From the NCBI GenBank assembly GCA_045563025.1, contig JBJKUS010000008.1, positions 205,554 through 269,553 of the forward strand: a stretch of 64,000 nucleotides of DNA, in the 5' to 3' direction. The position numbers were made by a program, and so were the translations under genes. The DNA comes from Alphaproteobacteria bacterium (GTDB taxonomy: Bacteria; Pseudomonadota; Alphaproteobacteria; Methylaequorales; Methylaequoraceae). Under the pieces are notes generated by a model that did not search any database, had not been told where the DNA came from, and was given only the letters and a program-made list of their open reading frames with translations. This document shows positions 59,957 to 64,000 of this stretch, piece by piece (positions within the stretch are counted from its first letter, which is position 1; every line of letters begins with the position of its first letter).

Positions 59957-60784
59957 TTAGCTATTATCCTTTCTTTTTTTATAGTTTTCTCTCAGTTCCT
60001 TATTAGTCCTAAGACCCTGAAATATAAGAATTTCTTTAACCATATCATCAGGATCCTCAAGATCTTTTATGTATGTTTCAATTTTATATATGAACCCGGG
60101 AATTTCTTTTGAGAGCGTAACAACAAATTTTTTTGTTTTGTACCTTGAAACTCTGTTCTTAAGTTCTGTTTTCTGGAAAGGTTGAAATGAAATCTCTTTT
60201 CCGTTGAAAATTTCACCATTAAATTTAAATTCAACATCTTCAACGTCAGTTGCAGCGATAGAGTGTCTTATTCTGCTTCTAAAAAACAAAGCATTACCAC
60301 CCGTTAATCTTTGCATATCCCTTGCATCTCTCTCGAAAAAAAGCATAAAAACTGGATTGCCTTTAGCACCAATTTGAGGAGGAAATCTAACTTTATTTCT
60401 ACCTTTTAAATACCTGAATGTAATATGTTTCGACATATCATCATCTATTTTAACAATATTCAATACAACATTTCCTTTAAAATTATCCTCTCTTGTAGAT
60501 TCTTTTGTAAATTTGTAGTAAATCCTAGAGGGCTCTGTTATTGATTCTAAGTGCTCATCAATGAAAAGAGCAATGTTTGCTGATGACATTTCTTTAATCA
60601 ACTCAAGTTTGAATTCTTCAGTTCCCCATTTAACTCTTTTCTCCTCTGCATTTTCAGCATTTGAAAAGTCATTATCAATGTCGATTGAATCTTGACTGTA
60701 GGTATGATTAACTGATAAAAACAAACCCAGAAGAATAACAAAGAGAGTTTTAAATAAAATTGGTATTTTATAATTCAAAATCAT
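59957..60784 (-). CDS. Secreted hypothetical protein (275 aa)
   Basis: Signal peptide. The mature protein starts with an acidic segment (QDSIDIDNDFSNAENAEEK). I recognise no catalytic motifs. It is translationally coupled to the four-Cys gene. Confidence 0.4.
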   Translation of the reverse strand: MILNYKIPILFKTLFVILLGLFLSVNHTYSQDSIDIDNDFSNAENAEEKRVKWGTEEFKLELIKEMSSANIALFIDEHLESITEPSRIYYKFTKESTREDNFKGNVVLNIVKIDDDMSKHITFRYLKGRNKVRFPPQIGAKGNPVFMLFFERDARDMQRLTGGNALFFRSRIRHSIAATDVEDVEFKFNGEIFNGKEISFQPFQKTELKNRVSRYKTKKFVVTLSKEIPGFIYKIETYIKDLEDPDDMVKEILIFQGLRTNKELRENYKKRKDNS

Positions 60785-60838
60785 AAGTTATATTTATGGT
60801 TTAAAATATTAAAATTTGCAACTGTCAATTCAAAAATT

Positions 60839-61330
60839 ATGAAAAATAAATTTAAGAATATTTCTGTAATCTCAACTGGCTCATGGGTTCCATCTAACCT
60901 AAGTGATAATCATAAACATCCAAAAACATATACAATTATGGTGAAGAATCTGACTTTAGATGCCTCGATTGGGATTCATAGTTTTGAGAAAAAGAAAAAA
61001 CAAAAAGTTTCTATTTCTTTAGAAATAATTGTTAACGATGACATCTCTTTTACAGATCACAAAATTGAAAATTTCGTATCCTATGAATTCATAGTAAATG
61101 ACATTAAAAAATTAATTTCAAAAGGTCATATTGAACTTTTAGAAACATTGGGTGAAGAGATCTTTGCTATTTGTTTCAAGGATGATCGTATCTTTTCAAT
61201 CAAGCTTACATTGGAGAAACTTGATGTATTTAAAGAAACGGATAGCGTTGGGATAGAGGTCTTCAGAACCAAAGATCAACAAAACAGTTTAACTTCTTTT
61301 AAAAACCAAAATTCATTTCATCAAGAATAA
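60839..61330 (+). CDS. Dihydroneopterin-aldolase-family (FolB-like) protein, H4MPT biosynthesis-associated
   Basis: FolB-like core …IMVKNLTLDASIGIHSFEKKKKQKVSISLEIIVND…. It is the first gene of a co-directional cluster with archaeal-type methanopterin biosynthesis genes. Confidence 0.5.
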   Translation: MKNKFKNISVISTGSWVPSNLSDNHKHPKTYTIMVKNLTLDASIGIHSFEKKKKQKVSISLEIIVNDDISFTDHKIENFVSYEFIVNDIKKLISKGHIELLETLGEEIFAICFKDDRIFSIKLTLEKLDVFKETDSVGIEVFRTKDQQNSLTSFKNQNSFHQE

Positions 61331-61339
61331 CTAATTTTA

Positions 61340-61939
61340 ATGTGGATAATTAAAATAGGTGGAAGTTGGATAAAGAACCCTAATTTAAAAAGACTTGTCC
61401 TACTAACTAGTTCATTTTTTAGAGAAAAATTTGTTATTGTACCTGGTGGAGGTATTTTTGCCGACTCAGTTAGAGAAGCATCAAAATATAATATTTCAGA
61501 ACAAACAGGTCATTTTCTGGCTTTGAAGGCAACTGAAATTTTTGGGTATCTTATTAAGTCAATGAATTCAAATTTGCACTTAACGGCTAATTTAGATAAT
61601 TTCAGAGAAAAAAATTTATGGATGCCATCAAAAAAATTAAAAAATGAAATTGAGTTTGAAAAAAACTGGGAATCTACATCAGACTCAGTTGCATCCTGGT
61701 TATACTCTAATACTGCATCCTCGGGTTTAATATATATAAAATCTCTTTCTCTAGGGTTAAAAAATAAATATAAAATTAAAGAACTTCAAAAAAGGAATAT
61801 TCTAGATCAAAACTTTGTAAAATATTTAAAAAAAGAAAAAAAAAAAATATTTATTATTGGACCAGAAATTTTAGAACTTTATGAAAGACAAGAATGTTTG
61901 GACGACTTATTGCTAAATTTTAATTCAGTTGATTTATGA
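61340..61939 (+). CDS. Amino-acid-kinase-family protein (H4MPT/methanofuran cofactor cluster)
   Basis: N-terminal IIKIGGS…VIVPGGGIFAD matches the aspartate/glutamate/uridylate and isopentenyl-phosphate kinase fold. Confidence 0.45.
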   Translation: MWIIKIGGSWIKNPNLKRLVLLTSSFFREKFVIVPGGGIFADSVREASKYNISEQTGHFLALKATEIFGYLIKSMNSNLHLTANLDNFREKNLWMPSKKLKNEIEFEKNWESTSDSVASWLYSNTASSGLIYIKSLSLGLKNKYKIKELQKRNILDQNFVKYLKKEKKKIFIIGPEILELYERQECLDDLLLNFNSVDL

Positions 61940-62490
61940 AAAAGAACAAAAACAGAAGATGGGCTTGGGTGTTAACCGGCTCCGGTCATTTTTTTAACGA
62001 ATGTATTGAATTAATTCATACACTTGAAGATGTAGACGTTTTCATTTCTAAAGCTGCAGAAGAAGTATTGGTAATGTATAAAAAAAACAATAAAATATCA
62101 TCAAAAGTAAAAATTTATAAAGATAATTCTGCAAGTTCAGTGTCTGTGGGAAAATTTTACAAAGATGAATACCATACTCTAGTTATGGCTCCAACATCAA
62201 GTAACACTGTGGCTAAGTGTGTGTATGGAATTTCAGATTCTTTGGCTACAAATATTTTTGCGCAAGCAGGAAAATGCAAAGTACATTGTATTTATTTCCC
62301 TTGTGACACAGCCCCTGAACTTAAAACAATGGCACCTAGTGGTTATGTTGACGTATTTCCTAGAAAAGTTGATTTAGAAAATGTAAAAAAACTTAAGGGT
62401 TTTTCTGATACAGAAACTGTATTAAGTTTTAAAGAATTAGAAGAAAAAATATTAGAAAGAAAAGAATGTCTGAAAAAATCTTATTTATAA
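61936..62490 (+). CDS. Flavoprotein of the AfpA/archaeoflavoprotein type (candidate dihydromethanopterin reductase DmrA)
   Basis: Flavoprotein/HFCD-fold motifs WVLTGSG and …VMAPTSSNTVAKCVYGISDSLATN…. The ATGA overlap with the previous gene suggests co-transcription. Confidence 0.5.
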   Translation: MKKNKNRRWAWVLTGSGHFFNECIELIHTLEDVDVFISKAAEEVLVMYKKNNKISSKVKIYKDNSASSVSVGKFYKDEYHTLVMAPTSSNTVAKCVYGISDSLATNIFAQAGKCKVHCIYFPCDTAPELKTMAPSGYVDVFPRKVDLENVKKLKGFSDTETVLSFKELEEKILERKECLKKSYL

Positions 62491-63848
62491 CAGGTAAACT
62501 AGCTGAACGACAACTTGAAAGAATTCTAAATTCAATGAAACCTGAATTTAAATATCAGATCAATCAAATTGGGGTTAATGTCGCAGCTTTGATGTCTGAA
62601 AGTATTATAATGAGAAGAGTAAATTGTGAACAAAATTTTGACAGAATTATTGTTCCAGGAAAGTTTAGAGGATCCCTAAAAAAATTATCAAATTTCTTTA
62701 AGGTTCCAGTTGAAAGAGGTCCAGATGATGTTTCTGATATCCCAGATTATTTTGGCGTAAAAAAACCAATAGAAAAACTAACAAATTATGATTGTAAAAT
62801 TTTTGCAGAAATTGTTGATGCAGCTATTTTAAGGCCAAATGATATTAGAGAAATTGCTAAATCTTACAAAAAAGATGGTGCCAATGTAATTGATCTAGGA
62901 TGTATGCCTGACACTAAATTTGAACATCTTGAGGACTCTATAAAAGCCGTTAAGTCTATTGGATGTGAGGTGTCTGTTGATTCTGCCAATGCAGAAGAAT
63001 TAATAAGAGGGTCAAAAGCAGGAGCTGACTACATTTTAAGTGTTAATCAAAAAAATATTGATATTTTAGATAAGATTAATGCTACACCTATACTTATACC
63101 AAATTCTCAAGGTGATCTTAAGTCCCTAGAAGAAATTGTTGAATTATCAATAAATAAAAAAAGAAACTTTTATGCTGATCCAATCCTTGATCCCATACAC
63201 TATGGTTTTGTAGACTCAGTCGAAAGATTTATAAAATTAAGGAAGAAGTTTCCAAGAATTAAAATGTTTATGGGTACTGGTAATCTAACAGAATTAACAG
63301 ACTGTGACTCTTCAGGAGCTAATGCAATAATGATGGGAATGGTTTCTGAACTTTCTATTGATGCGGTGCTAGTTGTTCAAGTCAGTGGTCATTGCAAAAA
63401 TTCAATTAAAGAGACAGATGCAGCGAGAAAAATTATGCATTTCTCTAAAAAAAATCAAAGACTTCCCTTTCGAGTAAGTAATGATCTTTTGTGTATTTCT
63501 GAGAGAAAGCCAAAGAGAAAGTCAAAAAAAGAAGTTGAAGAGATTAAATCAATGGTTAAGGATTCTAACTACAGAATTATACTATCAGATGAAGGCGTAA
63601 ATGTTTTTAATAAAGAAATTTCTGCAAAAGGAAAAGACCCATATGATTTTTACGATAAAATTGATGTAATGGGAGATACTAGCCATGCATTTTATTTGGG
63701 TGTTGAACTTGCTAGAGCCCAAATTGCTCATCAGTTAGGAAAAAATTATGATCAAGATAATCAATTAGAATGGGGTGTTGCAGTTGAAGAAGAAAAAGTA
63801 GATTTGATGAATAGACCAGAATTGAAAACAACACAAAAAAAAAGATGA
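62466..63848 (+). CDS. Dihydropteroate-synthase-like pterin-binding protein (H4MPT biosynthesis, MptH-like)
   Basis: The C-terminal half has the DHPS pterin-binding pattern (…GANVIDLGCMPDT…EHLEDSIKAVKSIGCEVSVDSANAEELIRGSKAGADYILSVN…) after an N-terminal extension. Confidence 0.55.
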   Translation: MSEKILFITGKLAERQLERILNSMKPEFKYQINQIGVNVAALMSESIIMRRVNCEQNFDRIIVPGKFRGSLKKLSNFFKVPVERGPDDVSDIPDYFGVKKPIEKLTNYDCKIFAEIVDAAILRPNDIREIAKSYKKDGANVIDLGCMPDTKFEHLEDSIKAVKSIGCEVSVDSANAEELIRGSKAGADYILSVNQKNIDILDKINATPILIPNSQGDLKSLEEIVELSINKKRNFYADPILDPIHYGFVDSVERFIKLRKKFPRIKMFMGTGNLTELTDCDSSGANAIMMGMVSELSIDAVLVVQVSGHCKNSIKETDAARKIMHFSKKNQRLPFRVSNDLLCISERKPKRKSKKEVEEIKSMVKDSNYRIILSDEGVNVFNKEISAKGKDPYDFYDKIDVMGDTSHAFYLGVELARAQIAHQLGKNYDQDNQLEWGVAVEEEKVDLMNRPELKTTQKKR

Positions 63849-64000
63849 TTTTAGAAACAATAGTGTCAACTATAAACCAAAAACGTGAAGTCAATTTTGC
63901 ACCATTTGGAATAAAAAAAAAAAGTAAAGATGTTATAATTTCTCCATATATTCCATCAATTACCCTCCAAAATTTAAGGGATAATAATTGTGCTGTAATT
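63845..64000 (+). CDS. DUF447-family protein (H4MPT-linked), N-terminal fragment truncated by the window end
   Basis: MILETIVSTINQKREVNFAPFGI… matches the DUF447 N-terminal consensus (M..E.IVTT.N.dG..N.APMG). Its start overlaps the previous stop (ATGA). Confidence 0.5.
   Translation, partial: MILETIVSTINQKREVNFAPFGIKKKSKDVIISPYIPSITLQNLRDNNCAVI

Noticed and set aside
1-64000. CRISPR arrays, transposases, IS elements, prophage or defence-system genes
   Set aside because: Scanning both strands shows no regularly spaced repeats and no integrase, transposase, restriction-modification or Cas-like ORFs. Every sizeable ORF is accounted for by housekeeping or methylotrophy functions.

Overview
This 64 kb window is densely coded and extremely AT-rich (roughly 29-30 % GC by eye). 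It has no visible mobile elements, CRISPR arrays or rRNA. Gene content and order look like a streamlined marine alphaproteobacterium of the SAR11/Pelagibacterales type. Supporting this are yejABEF, selO, dapD-dapE, rpmH-rnpA-yidC-engB and SRP-RNA-dnaX-ybaB-recR. The organism assignment is an inference, not something the sequence proves. The first ~45 kb is mostly housekeeping: a TonB-dependent receptor followed by a two-PepSY protein, the Yej peptide ABC importer, dnaX/recR, def-fmt-truA, dapDE, argB/argD/argF, panBC, nrdAB, trkH, metZ and others. It also holds an SRP RNA, a tRNA-Arg(ACG) and an rpmH gene that the ORF track missed because it is under 60 aa. The last ~18 kb (45.8-64 kb) is a compact methylotrophy/quinoprotein island. 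It starts with a PQQ-alcohol-dehydrogenase-associated ABC system: LivK-like SBP, YVTN beta-propeller, ATPase, ABC-2 permease and a ligand-less cupredoxin-like tail gene. Then come a secreted unknown, pqqA (a 25-aa peptide absent from the ORF track), pqqBCDE and a pseudoazurin. A convergent xoxF-xoxG-xoxJ operon follows; its XoxF carries the lanthanide-type WDYDG motif. Next are a fused SoxYZ-like carrier, two secreted unknown proteins, and the start of an archaeal-type tetrahydromethanopterin (H4MPT) cofactor-biosynthesis cluster: FolB-like, amino-acid-kinase-like, AfpA/DmrA-like flavoprotein, DHPS-like pterin-binding protein and DUF447, the last cut by the window edge. The things I would look at again are the lanthanide-dependent XoxF island in an ultra-streamlined background, and a candidate lanthanide-uptake pair (TonB-dependent receptor plus acidic two-PepSY 'lanpepsy-like' protein) at 3.6-6.6 kb. 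I would also re-examine several uncharacterised secreted proteins embedded in the island and the paired palindromic operators in front of pqqA.
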